A stretch of 64,000 nt of DNA from Lama guanicoe (Eukaryota), in NCBI GenBank assembly GCA_013239625.1, contig MU054187.1:11119231-11183230 (forward strand). The letters run 5' to 3'. The notes beneath the pieces are model-generated. The model was given only the letters and a program-made list of their open reading frames with translations. It did not search any database and had not been told where the DNA came from. The number at the start of each line of letters is the position of its first letter. Position 1 is the stretch's first letter. The position numbers were made by a program, and so were the translations under genes. This document shows, in pieces, positions 51,596 through 64,000 of the stretch.

Positions 51596-52254
51596 CTTCC
51601 TTAGGAAAAGATAAAAACACACAATCAATCCTCATTGTGGCTTGAAGGGTCTTCAGACAGTGCTGCTGCAATAAATTTGAAGAAAGCTAACCAGGACAGA
51701 CGAAGAAACTACTGGAGGAAATGTTTCGAGAGAAAAAGAGTAAATATTACCATTATTTACTTGAAAGCAAATACTGAATGCTCAATCAGTGTGAGAAGAG
51801 AGCAAAAAAAAGGTCTTAAAAAGTTTTAAGTCTCCTTTTTAGCATCTGCCATGTGAGAACAGAGTTCTCGGCCTGTCACAGTGGGGATGGTGGCCAAGCG
51901 GTCGCCAAGGGCCTCATCAGGCAATCTCTGTTTGCAAACTTGGCAAATGTGTTTCAAGTTTTCACACCACCACCTCCTCATTTCAGTAAAGAAAGAGGCT
52001 TCTTTATCTTCCTCTGCAAGAGTTTAGATTGTCAGTTAATTTCCACAGATGGGCTGTGTCCTAGGTCTGCATCCACTAACCATTCCTTGAATAGCCATCC
52101 CTCAGTGCCACCTCCTCGTACTTCCTTGTTATACCTGTAATCTACCTTCTCTGCTTCTTTCAAGCAATAACTCACCATTTACTCATAACCAGAAGTCCTT
52201 CCTACCAAGCTCCATCACAAAATGAGTCAGGGCATCAAAGTGTGACAACTATGA

Positions 52255-52605
52255 ATTACACCAGACTGTCACATGTTTACTTACATGTTGTCTTGAAATA
52301 GTCTATCATTTTTCATAATAAGTGCCTCCCGCTGCCCCAGCTGGACAATAGGTCTCTTGAAGGGAAGCACACTACATTTTACATATTCTTGAGCTACTCC
52401 AGTTTTTAAAAAAATGCTGGACATTCCGCAGTCATTACTATAGACACTCAATTAATTAACATGGTCTCATAAATTCATTTGGTCCATTTCTGTGGTCTGC
52501 TCTGTGTCTCTTAGCATACCCCACACCCAGAACTGGGCTCAACACCTAGAACAGTTCCTAGAACATTAGAAGTGCCCAATACATATGTGTGGAAAGAAGA
52601 AAGGA
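52255..52605 (+). mobile_element. L2 3' fragments
   Basis: tgtttacttacatgt...ctggacaataggtctcttgaaggga...; cctagaacagttcctagaacattagaagtgcccaatacatatgtgtggaa. Confidence 0.55.
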
Positions 52606-54119
52606 TGTGTATTTTAAAAAATGTTTTTATTATTTTAAGAAAGATGCATTTTAATATGGACACATTTTTTTTTCTTTTGCCTGGCCACCTTATGTTTTCC
52701 AGACAGATGGTAAGTATATTTCTAAAAGGAGGTTCAGTTTATCCTACATTTTACCTATTAGAGCTAGATTTGGGGGCAGGGGATAGTAGGGGTCCTCAGT
52801 TCAGATTTAATTTTTGTGTTGAGATTTGGACACAATTCTTTTAGCACTTGCCCTAAATATGTTAGCATTCTGAACTAAGGTATGTGACAATAATAAGTGA
52901 GGTTTCACTTTATAGATTCCTTTTTTCCCCCCCTATGGAAAGTATCTAAAATCATTTCTTTGCAGGATGTGGCTTACAGGTCTTTCCTATGTAACACATA
53001 TCATTCTGTCTTACACAGAAAATTTCTGAGAGCCCCAAATGAGAGCTTAGAAAGGGTACAATACCAAATCAGCTTTGACACAACCTTGGGGTTTCCCTAC
53101 ACTAGATTCTAAAACTCTAATAAGCTTAAAAAAAATCTGATTTCCCAAGACTCCCTCTGACTCGAAGACAGACTCAATGAGAAAAAATAAATTTATACTA
53201 AAAACACCAATAAATTCGCTGTTCTTTACTTTTTATTATAACCTCCAACTGGCCTGTATAATTTATAAAGTTGTGGTTTGATTGGGTGACCCCTTTCCAT
53301 CTTACTGGTAATAAGACTGGGATATCTAACTGGGATATCTTACTCTGGATCTTAAGTAAATATTTTGGTTGCACACCAGAGACTGTTTACAGTGCATTTA
53401 GCCTGGTACCTATTGTAAGAACGTAAAGTTAAACCCACTTTGCAGTAATTATGAAATTTCAGTGATTAATTTCTCCTGTTGGATTGGAAAGATTTGTTCA
53501 AATAAGATGTAAGTTGTCCTCAGACAGACACGATTTCTGTGGCAACACAATAGTCCAAAGGAGAAAGTGATGATGTAAATCAGACATTGCAGTATTCACC
53601 AAGTCTTTGATTCACACACCCGACCAATGCTGGAAAAAGGCATCAGAGATTTCAAGAAGATAGAAAACTTACTAATCCCAATGCATCTGAGACCCAGAAA
53701 AATAAGTGGTTGGCAAACCAAGGTCACACGGTAGAGAATGGTGGAGCCAGCGAAGATGGATACTCCTGGCCCCCAGGGCTGAGGGAAAGCGAAGGTGCTC
53801 ATTTCCATGCTACTGACAGCCTATGGCCCCAGATCAGCACTCATCCCCATCATCACCTCCACCCGGTCAACAAAGTCTGAGTTGCCCTCATTGCCGGCTG
53901 GAGAACCAGACATGCTCTCACGAAAATACACCCCACGCCCAGGGCCAGGAGAATTCACCCACTGGCTGTCAGCCTCCTAATCCCTCATGACCACTAGCAG
54001 GCTTCCCACGCCGACGTTTCAGGTTGCTTACATCCAGGAAGCCAGTGCTAAAACATTCCCAAATGGGATGAAAGAGAAGTGGGATAACTTTGATATGAGA
54101 ATATTACCATCAATATATA

Positions 54120-54211
54120 TTTTTTTAATGGAGGTGCTGGGGATCGAACCCAGGAGCTCACGCATGCTGAGCACGCACCCCCACCCCCCGCCACTGAGCT
54201 ATGCCCTCCCC
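54120..54211 (-). mobile_element. tRNA-derived SINE, Vic-1-like, with intact A and B boxes
   Basis: Reverse complement ggggagggcatagctcagtgg...gctcagcatgcgtgagctcctgggttcgatccccagcacctccattaaaaaa. Confidence 0.9.
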
Positions 54212-54494
54212 TCTACCAATGATATTTTTCATTCAATAAGCATCCATTGAATATTTAATGGAGGACAGATCATAGCTCAGTGAAACCCAAATATCCCAGA
54301 GCTCTACCAGCCTGTGGCCACAGCTGAGGGCGTGCTACTGCGGGAGCTCAAACAGTACCCTCTGAGTGGCTTTAGGACATCGCCTGGATTCCTGGCTCCC
54401 CAGCCTCTTTCTTGTGTGAAGGCATCCACAGGAGCATCAGCTGCACCCTCAGGACCACACATTCCGCTACTCCGTTGCGTATCGCCATCTCCCT

Positions 54495-54690
54495 TTTCTG
54501 TCAATCACATCCTGACACTCTCCCAATCAGAGACCCTCCAGTGGCTTCCCATCACATTTAAAAGAGGATGCTGGACTCTTCAGTTTAGCCCACATGGCCC
54601 TAGGTCATCTGGCCCCACCTTTCCATCGGATATCTCCTATCACAGCCCCCTTGCCCGCTCAGCTCCCATCACGCCAGCCTGCAGTTGGCA
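54495..54690 (+). mobile_element. L2 fragment
   Basis: accctccagtggcttcccatcacattta...ggccctaggtcatctggcccca. Confidence 0.7.
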
Positions 54691-54939
54691 CCCTGATTAC
54701 TGCCTGGTGGTCTAGTAGTGAGATTTCAGCTCTCTCACTCGGGCTATGACCAGGTCATGTGTAACTCAGCTGGGAGCGCCCATATTCTGTCCCTTCTTAG
54801 ACTCGGCCTCACCCCGAGCCATACAATGTCATGAGCATCACAAAAAATAAGCACCGTAAAGGCCTTGCTCTCGGTTAGATTCTGGTTAGTAAGAGGTGAC
54901 AGACACATATATCCATCACTGTAAGAGAGAGAGTGGAGC

Positions 54940-55105
54940 AAAGTGGCCTCGGAAAACACGGCTACTGGAGGCACAGTCAAGCAGGAAGGACCCAGAGGTT
55001 GGGATTATACAGAGCTGGATTCAAGTCCTGCCTCCACGGCTGGGCCACTTAATAACCAAGGGCAAGTTACGCACTTGACCTCTCTTCATCTGTAAAGATG
55101 AAGTT
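54940..55105 (+). mobile_element. MIR SINE
   Basis: ctggattcaagtcctgcctcc...aagggcaagttacgcacttgacctctcttcatctgtaaa. Confidence 0.65.
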
Positions 55106-55819
55106 TACTTTTGCGAAAGTTCTCTTCTCCCGACTACCAGGTCCTTCCCAGCTCCCCTAAACTGGGAATGTGCGGGCTGTTCTCAAGAATCAAGCCCAGA
55201 CTGTTCTCACCCTGCGCCCTCAGAAGCAGCTCAGGGAAGGCTGTTTTTACAGGTGTTGCCTTCAAATATCTCACCATAAAGGAAAGAGATTTTGGCGAGG
55301 TTTCTATGGGGATTTCTTTGTTTATAATCTGGAATAGTTCTGAAAAAGAAACCATCTATCTGGTTTGAAAGTGATTTACTGGGCAGCTGATTGAATAGCA
55401 GAAAACGTCTATTTGCACTACACAGTAGAAATTTCTCTTCATGCTTGTAAGAATATGAAGAGGTAAAATAAAGTTTCTTCATGTTTTATCTTGTGTACTA
55501 TTAGCAAAAAGCAGCCTCCGCAGAAGGAAGTATTTGCTGCATGGTGAGGCCATGCTGCCATTTGGAGGAGTCGTAACTTTGTCCTCTGGCAGAGAAGTCA
55601 GGTTCCCGGTTTAAAATAAAAGCTGAACCAAAAATAAAAACAAAACAAACCAACACAAAAACAATAAAAGAAACACACCAGTGTTTCAGAGGTGACTAAG
55701 ATAAACAGAGGTCTCTAACTTTGCGGCTGCAACCTTCGAGTGGACCCTCAGTTGACTTATTCACCTCATGACCCTAGCTGATTTACTCACCTCTCCAAAA
55801 CAACTCTTTCATATCTCCC

Positions 55820-56218
55820 TGTTATGGGTTGAACTGTGTCCTCCTAAGAAAGACACATGAAGTCCAGACCCTAAAATCTCAGAACGTAACTTTTTCAGAA
55901 GTAGGGTCATTGTAGACGTAACTAATTAACCGTGGGCCCCTAATCCACACAAAGTGACTGGTGTTCTTATCAGAAGGGGAGAGAGGCACACAGAGGAAAG
56001 ATGCCATGTGACAACAGAGGACAGGAGAGACAATCTGTAAACCAAGGAAAACCAAGGATTGCCAGCAAACCACCAGAAGCTAGGAAGAGGTGAGGAAGGA
56101 TTCCCCCACAGGTTTCAAAGGGAGTACGGCCCTGCTGACATCTTGATTTCAAAATTCTATTGTTTTAAGCCACCTTATGTGTGGTACTGGATTACGGCAG
56201 CCCCAGGAAACTAACACA
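55820..56218 (+). mobile_element. MaLR solo LTR, MLT1B/C-like
   Basis: TGttatgggttgaactgtgtcc...ccaaggattgccagcaaaccaccagaagctagga...ggcagccccaggaaactaacaCA. Confidence 0.9.
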
Positions 56219-56229
56219 CTTTGCCTTAC

Positions 56230-58060
56230 TCTTAAAGCATCCATCATCCCTTCAACTTCTCACCACCCATTAAAATCAGCTGGTGTGCTTCAGTGAGAAA
56301 ATAAAAGTAATCATAAAAGATTTCCACATCACTCCTCATCCTCCAAGTTGTGCTGGTGTTTTCCTTCCCATCTCAAGAAAAGTATTGTCCCTGCTCTGGT
56401 CCAAGGCCAGCCTCCCCCAGCCCTCACCGTGCCCTGAACATCATTCTGCCATCTACTCAAGGACTTTGCTTCTGCCATTATATCCACCTGCTCCCACATC
56501 ATCAAAGTTTTCCTCCCAAATGCATAATTTTATCAGCAAAGAGACATACTTTAAATTACTTAAATGTGAAAGGAAGAAACAAAGAAAAGAAAGAAGGAAG
56601 AAGAGAAAAGAAAAATGGAAGAAAGAAAGATCCTTTCCTTGACTCCACATTTTCCCCCAATAATCACCCCCCAACACACCTATTTCTCACTCTCTTTTCT
56701 AGAAAAACACTCAGGATGGTTGGGTATCTTCACAGACTCTACTTCCTCAACACCCAATAGCCACTAAAATAAGTCCTTACAGGGTTAGAAAAGACCTCCA
56801 CTTTGGGTCCTCAGACCTCATCCTACTCGATTCCTCAAGTATTTGCCATAATTGATCACTGTCTTTTTTTCAGACATCCTTGTCACTTGGCTTCTAGGGT
56901 CGCCGCATTCTCTTGGCGCCTCTCTTCCCTCATGGGCCAGTTCCTCTCCGTGTCCATTATTGGCTCCTCATTACTGAGTCCTCAGGCCCCATGCCTTATG
57001 GTATTTCATCCAGTAGCATGCTTGAAATGTGATCAATAAACTAATAACGCTAAACTTTGAACCTCCCTCCAAATCTCTCCTCTTAGCCATAGAGTCAGAT
57101 ACTCAGCTGCCTACTTCACACTTCCACCTGCATAACTAACAAGCAGCTCAAGTGTGGCCCTCCAAAACCTGATCTCTACTAACCCCGAAATGCTCCTCCC
57201 CCATCACTTCCCATCTTGTAAATGGCATCCTATTAATCTAGTTCCTCGGGCTACCTGCTTGAAATTATCATTGGCTTCTTTCTTTCTCTCACATTTCATA
57301 TCCAATGTGAAAAGAAAAATCCTGGTTGGCTCTACCATCAAAATGTAGGCTACGCCTGCCATTTCTCATCACCCCCACTGCTTACACCATAGGTCAAGCC
57401 ACCATCCTTTGCCTGGGTATCTGCAAGCTATCTAAATAGCTTCCCCACTTCTCTTCCTGCAGTATCTTTTCTCTGAGGAAATACTCTTTTCACAACTTAC
57501 ACCTCCCTTCTCTCCTGCTTCTCAGTGGCTTCCTATTATACTGCAAAGAAAACCCAAAGTCATTTCATGGCCTACAAGGCTCAACGTGATTCACCACTGT
57601 TTACCTCTCTGATTAAGGATCCTACCGTTCTCCTCACTACTTCCTGACTCCAGCTGCGCTTGAAGACACCAAATTCATTCTTGCCTTAGGACTTTTGAAC
57701 TTGTCAGTTCCTGAGCCTGGAAAATTCTTCGAATATTCAGCGTGTGTCATTACCTCACTTAATTCAGGTTTCATTTTTTATGATACCTTCTCAAAAAAAC
57801 CTTCCCTGGTTCTCTGACAAGAAATGCCCCCTTCTCTTGTCACTCTCTGTCCCTGGCACTGCTTTATTTCCCTTTCTGGCATTGTCACCAACTGACCACA
57901 CATAAGAGTTGATTTACCTGTTTGTTATCAGTCCCCTACTAGGACATAAGCTCCTTGAGGGCAGAGATTTTGCCTTCATGCTGTCTTATCCCCAATAAGT
58001 ACAGTAGGGCTTGGTACAGAGTAGACAATACATGTGTGTTGATAAATGAATATCTGAGTG
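56230..58060 (+). mobile_element. Long L2a 3' region
   Basis: C/T-rich L2 body ending cccctactaggacataagctccttgagggcagagattttg...ttggtacagagtagacaatacatgtgtgttgataaatgaat. Confidence 0.82.
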
Positions 58061-59084
58061 ACTTTTCGTGTTTTTGATATTTGTTAAGACTCAATGGTGT
58101 GTCTCTTTAGAAAGAAAAAAAATAATGCATCTCACTAGCTGTGATTACAATAATTTATGGAGGCTTATGACACTGTATGATAAGCAGAGGACCTGTCTCC
58201 CTGGGTGCAGTTATTAGAGATATGGGTTTCAAAGTTATTTACTCAGAGTAGCGTAAAGGATAAATGTACGTAGTTTTGCTTGATACGAAATCAGCAAGGG
58301 CCATATATGGTAAAGTTGTTAATTAGAATAAAACATTAATATCCCAGATTAAAAATACAAGAAAGACAAGAAAGGATAGAAGAATGGAAGTTCTTTGCTT
58401 TGTATTGACTATAGAGTAACTGAGATACCACTGGTAGGATGAGGTTTCCAAGAGCAGTATGTTTATCGTAGCAATAACATCACTTCATAAAGGACTCAGG
58501 AACAATTGTGTAAACACCATCTATATGTACTTGAGATTTTTTTCATCCTAAAACACTGAAATCTTAAAACAATGGGAAAAAATTAAAGAAAGTTTAATTT
58601 ATTTATAAAACTTATAACCATAAATTTAACATTCAAGAGTGAAAAAGTTTGAGCATACTTATCTGTTTAGGGCCAGGCACATAAGTACATTCAGTTTAAA
58701 TTGAAATTTTCATTTTTAATTCATATCCGTGAGTGTGATAGGAGACAAACAACTCAACTGCCTTGCAGGGAATTTGCAAGTACCACCTTCTTCCTGGTCC
58801 TAGATTCCATACTTAGTATTGAAAAAGAATTGGAGCCAGTGAAAGCTTTTACTTTCATGAAAAGTATAGCATCCAGCATTGGGATTATCAATGGTTTCCT
58901 CATCCTTCCTAAATATCTCACTGTTGGCAGCGGGATTTTGAGGTCACCCTTATCCTTCATTAGACATATGTCATGGCATCACTCAATTGGATGGCATCCA
59001 TAGGAAATGTCTGTTCTCAAGCCCAATTCACTATAGTTGAATCTAGTCCATCAGTTGAAATTTGGTCCACAGTGAGGTTTGAAA

Positions 59085-59285
59085 AACAGCATCATTTTGT
59101 AGAAAGCGATTTGACTTGAGAGCCAGACTGAAGTCTCTGCTCAGCCATTTACAGCAAAAGCTCAGTTATTTCTTCTAGAAAAGAGAGCTAATAACCCTAA
59201 CTTAAAGACATATTGAAAATATTTGAAAGACCATATATAAAGCCTGCAGGATGATACGTGCTCAATAAAGGAAAGTTGTTACCGA
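59085..59285 (+). mobile_element. MIR SINE
   Basis: gtagaaagcgatttgacttgagagccagactg...gtgctcaataaa. Confidence 0.65.
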
Positions 59286-59986
59286 TTTTTTTCATCATTT
59301 TCCAACTGTACAACTGAAGGAAAGCACATGTCTGCTCTATTTCTAGTCATTCTGGGCTTGTTTCTGAGGCAATTGGAGGAAACAGATGAATTAGGCACTT
59401 GAAGCTTGTGGATGTTTTCATAGCTCCTGAACCATTATTTTTAAAGAATCCATCACCATTTCAGTGATGATGATGATGACATATTGCAAGTAATGCTAAA
59501 TTCCACAACAACACCTCTGTAACTCCAAATCCTTCTGTCCAATCCAAGTAGGCAAATCATAATGCCATTGAGACAGTGGATAATAGTCTAGGGAAAATCT
59601 TTAATTATTTCTAAAAAAAACACATCCTTTGTGAAACTTAATACCACATTGTTCACTAAAAATCACCTTTGTCACTGCTGATCATGACGCATTAGATTAT
59701 GGCCGCATATCCATGGAGAACTGCTGCTATAAACCACCAGAGAACATAGTAGCAGAACTGGAATCCTGGAGGTGAATGGATAAGCAGTAATGGATGAAAT
59801 ACATCACAGTGATGGTTTGCGGCTATGACGGATGAAGTCGTCCTTCATCATACAGGTGAATGGATTCATGACCTGGCATCCAAGGACAGAACTCAGGAAA
59901 ATAATATATGCCGAGAGAAAAAAAATCACCACTTATTCATCAATCCATCATTAACTGTCATCCGGATGAGCAGTCAAAACCATCAC

Positions 59987-59987
<1 letters not shown>

Positions 59988-60018
<31 letters not shown>
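59988..60018. repeat. (CA)n microsatellite
   Basis: Directly visible. Confidence 0.95.
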
Positions 60019-60021
<3 letters not shown>

Positions 60022-61894
60022 TTTAGAAGCTGTCAAACCCAGATAACTGGATTCTGATGTTTTCCCGTTTCCTTCAGATGCTACATACAGTTCATGGGGT
60101 GACTCTGGCAACGCGAGAAATGATTAGCGCCTTGGCTATACAAGCTTAGTATTGGTTGGTGAATGGAAAAAGAAGAGTGGCATTTATGCAACTGTCAAAG
60201 ACGTATGCTTTGTTGTTAGAGAAAGAAAAGAATTCAAAACAATTTTGTCTCTGTGATCATTTCTGCATTAAGTCATTATGTCAAACTAAAAAACAGATTT
60301 AAATACATAGAAAATCCTAACTGTAAGCTGTTTATTGGTTTGTATCTTTGCTTGCTTTCAGTTTTAACCTAGTCCAAACCCTAAGAGATCAGTTCTCATC
60401 TCATTAGGATGACTGTGTAGCATGTCATTTATCACCACCCTCTGCACACAGAAACTCCCTGTTCTATTTAAAGATTCCAAGTACAATATTACCACGGATG
60501 CAAACTGGAAATCAGACTCCCAAATGGGATATTTTTTCCTTAACGCTGGTGCAAGATTCCCATTATGCTAATGGTACCTAGGGTGCCCATTAGGTAAGAA
60601 TACAGCCCTAAATGTTCATTTATGAAAGTTGCTTTTCTGAAAAGGAGAGGCTTTTTTAATGGTTTTTTTTTATTTGTATGGAGAAAGCATTAAACATTGT
60701 CATCATTGGTAACTGTCCCATTACTTTCACAAAATAGTTAAATCACATTTGCTTCTGGAAGTCTGGATTAAATAAAACTGTCATTATCCCAGTGGTACTG
60801 CACTGTTGGCTGCACAGTGTTTGTATGCTCATTCCTTAGGTATTTGTAAAGAATCTCTGATATGTTTGAACATTCGAAACATTTGGGATGCATAGCACTT
60901 TTTAAAACATTTGTTTCAACTTCACGTCTTGCCCTTTTCTTGTCTCAACTCATGTCTTTCTAAAGTCAGAATTGTATTTATTTGATGAAATGAGCCGTAA
61001 GCATGTTTTAATAATTTTCGCTAACTCCATAAGGGTAACATCTGGCTGTTTACATCAAAAGGCAAAATCTGGTATCCATAAGAGCTTATAAATAATATAT
61101 ATTTTAGATCAGATGAATTCTCTGTCTGTGAAGTTTTCACTCTGCCACCTACCATGCATATATAAACTTGAAAGTTTAATTAAATATTTTCTAGCCATGA
61201 AAAGTGAATTCTTATTACTTAATGCCATAATATAGGTTTCCAAGTTAATTTCCACTTTGCATTGCAATTCTATGGAATTCCATCTCGATTATACTAATGT
61301 GTATACTTTTGTACTAAATGGGGTCTCTTTATGACCAAAATTACATCCTGGGGTAAAGTACGAATGTAACACACTAAAACACTAATTGGTTATTGGTCTA
61401 AAGCAATTACTTCATTTTCTAAACATCATTACCTTATTTCTAAGAGTGTTTTACCCATCTGGGAAAGAAGTCCAACAAGTTTTGATTAAAGTCATTTGGA
61501 TCAATGTGTTTCTTACCCTTTCTTCTTCTATTTGTGTTGAGCATCTTCTTTGGACATGCAGGTATATTCATTAAAACTAGGTGGTAAATGGATATATATT
61601 TATATCTTTTCAGTAATTGCAAGAGTCAAAAATCTGCCTCAAACACTTCTAACTGAAACTCTCGCAGGCTTCCCACAGTGACTGATTCCACGTGAGGCAC
61701 GTGAAACCCCCACCATGACATTCTGCACGTGGTCATCCTGTTCCCTCTCATTCCTGGAACCTGCCTTACTTCCACTTCACTGCTCTCACTCAGAAGGAAG
61801 GAAGAAAATCTACTAAACTGTTTAAAATAATCTAAGCACAGGGCACCCCTCCTCCAAAACCTGTTTCCTAGAGACAGAATATGATTAACAAATA

Positions 61895-62196
61895 TTTGTC
61901 TTTTTGTTTTTTGGTTTTCTGTGCTGTGCAAAGCTTCTAAGTTTGATTAGGTCCCATTTGTTTATTTTTGCTTTTATTTCTATTGCCTGGGTAGACTGCC
62001 CTAGGGGAAAATTGCTGAGATTTATGTCAGAGAATGTTTTGCCTATGTTTTCTTCTAGGAGTTTTATGGTGTCATGTTTTATATTTAAGTCTTTAGGCCA
62101 TTTTGAGGTTGGGTTTTTTTGTTTGTTTGTTTTTTGTTTTTTGTTTTTTGGGGTACAGTGTGAGGATATGTTCTAGCTTCATTGATTTACACGCAT
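61895..62196 (-). mobile_element. Internal ORF2 fragment of a young L1 (no 3'UTR or polyA)
   Basis: Homologous to 19140-19395: aggtcccatttgtttatttttgcttttatttc...ttttcttctagga...gttctagcttcattg. Confidence 0.88.
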
Positions 62197-62619
62197 GAAA
62201 TTATCTGTTTAAATTTCCAAAATATACACCTCATAAAATTCAATGAATATTAGCTTACTGGTTTAAAAGAAATCTGAAATACAGTGCATTGAGAGACAGC
62301 TTCTATTTTAAAGCCTACACTTTCAGAGCAAACAAAACCAAGACATCAGCTTAAATAATACAGTAGTCTTTGGCTTCCTCTAAGGAATTACCAATGACTA
62401 GTAATGCATCATTTGGTTTGATCGTTCTCTGACACACGATTGCAATACTAGGGTTTATGTTAGTTTCATTGTCTTAATATAACACATATAGGAAAACAGA
62501 AATTTTATTTGGGTTTAGAACATAGCTAAGGGAAGAATGCCTTTATATTTATTAGCTGCTAATTTTTTCTTTTAGAAAATGAGTCCTAATAGCTTCAGAG
62601 AGGCTCGGTCCAACAGGGC

Positions 62620-62730
62620 TTGGGGCAATCGGAGGAACCGTCTGTATCTCTGCTGCCCATCAGAGAGGTTAGTAGCCACATGTGCCTGCTGGGCACTTGA
62701 AATGTGGAAGTGAATTTTTAAAAGTGGATT
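62620..62730 (+). mobile_element. MER3-like hAT-Charlie fragment
   Basis: gtccaacagggctt...tagccacatgtgcctgctgggcacttgaaatgtgg. Confidence 0.7.
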
Positions 62731-62764
62731 TGAATACTTGAAATATCCTTTCATTAAGTGAATT

Positions 62765-63130
62765 TTCTTCCATTAAATAAATATTTGTTGAGTACCTACT
62801 GCATATAAAGCTGCATGCAAGGTTGCAAAGATAAATGGAATTTGTTAATAAGAGCTTAATGATTTGATCAGACGTTATTAAGTCATATCTAAATACCTAT
62901 GTATATAGCTACTCCATGTAGCACTGAGCTGAGAGAAAAGAGCCTACAACTCTCCCCAGGATGATACACTTAGGCTGCGTGGAGGAGGTGGCATGAGAGC
63001 TGGACCCGCACAGAGGAGCAGGAGTTCAGAAGGCACTGATCAGCAAGAGCATGAAGAGAAAAGTTGGACGGGGCGGGGAGGGACCGCGTTCCCCGCGGGA
63101 AAAATGTTCCAGGGGATGCAGTAGAAAGAT
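62765..63130 (-). mobile_element. L2 3' fragment
   Basis: taaatatttgttgagtacctactg...gagctggacccgcacagaggagcaggagttcagaagg. Confidence 0.6.
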
Positions 63131-64000
63131 TATTGAGGGAGACAGTTTGGGTAAGGGAGGGCCTGCATCCGTACCATCAGAACAACCCATGGCCCTGAAC
63201 AAAAAAATACCATCAGTGAGCCCTAACGTTGCTGTTAGAATTGGTTCTGAAGCTTCTCTGCTACCACTCGCATCTGCTTTACCGTCTACAGCGGGAATCC
63301 ATTTACGTTCTTTTATTTGAATCTCTAATTAAGAAATAAGCATAAAACCCAGGTAGAAGATTTTTGAAATACCGTACCTTTCATTGTTTAATATTTGCAC
63401 CTTGTTGAAAAAGAACCAGTTTGTGATGTTTATAATACCCACATAAACAGAGGTCATGATTAGCTTCTAAATCTCTTCCTCCTCGTGTTCCTGTTTTATT
63501 CTGCTACGTGTAAGCCATTTGTTTCTTCACAACTACATCTTAAAGAAAGTACATAAATGGGTGTGTCTACTTAAAAGTAGTTTTGCCAGTAATAATCTTA
63601 CTTGTCGGGTTTCATTTGACATCCTTACGGAGCGCCAAGTCATTTAGAGACTTGTTACTTTAAACCATACGTTGAAAAGAACTGAAGAAGTAGGAGTGAG
63701 GACTTTCCTGAGTCTTTTATATATTAAGGATTAGATTTTTCCCTGGGAAAACTCAAAGACACTGAAACGATCTTGCACAGAAGAATGAAGACATAGAAGT
63801 TCGACAGTGACTCAGAAAGGAAGCAGAGTTAAATCAGATTTTATGAACAATGAGAGAGATCTGCAACAAACTCATGGGTATCACCCTGCTTGTTTTGTCC
63901 TGTTATAGAAAACCCTTCCCTTTTCCTTAATACACCGGAACAATAATAATAGTGTTTAGAAAGTTTTCTTTCTTCCTAAAAATGGAGAGAGAAAACTCGG

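Noticed and set aside
53316..53341. Short direct repeats (actgggatatct x2; also 16428-16470, 36017-36047)
   Set aside because: Ordinary slippage-scale duplications
58701..59003. Overlapping 100-aa (+) and 68-aa (-) ORFs in unique sequence
   Set aside because: No recognisable homology and no convincing splice boundaries

Overview
This is AT-rich, CpG-depleted mammalian non-coding DNA (intron or intergenic), most likely camelid. The species call rests on two tRNA-derived Vic-1-like SINEs, cetartiodactyl-type L1 3' UTRs, and the fact that I saw no BovB/Bov-tA, PRE-1, Alu or Can-SINE copies. A large part of the window is interspersed repeat: young and ancient L1, L2, MIR, MaLR/ERVL LTRs, ERV1-type solo LTRs, an ERV1 LTR-PBS-leader remnant, and the hAT MITEs MER53 and MER3. 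I recognise no intact host protein-coding gene or RNA gene. The only ORFs with recognisable products are L1 ORF1p/ORF2p fragments. I find no support for a new biological system. The best second-look items are retrotransposition mechanics (a candidate L1 3' transduction, a twin-primed mini-insertion, nested solo LTRs with TSDs, a tRNA-Ser PBS), a perfect nested tandem duplication, and candidate regulatory or splicing elements (PBX-HOX/MEIS cluster, triple E-box, triple-CCAAT LTR, candidate exons). Repeat subfamily names come from recalled consensus sequences and need RepeatMasker/Dfam confirmation; boundaries of old repeats are approximate.
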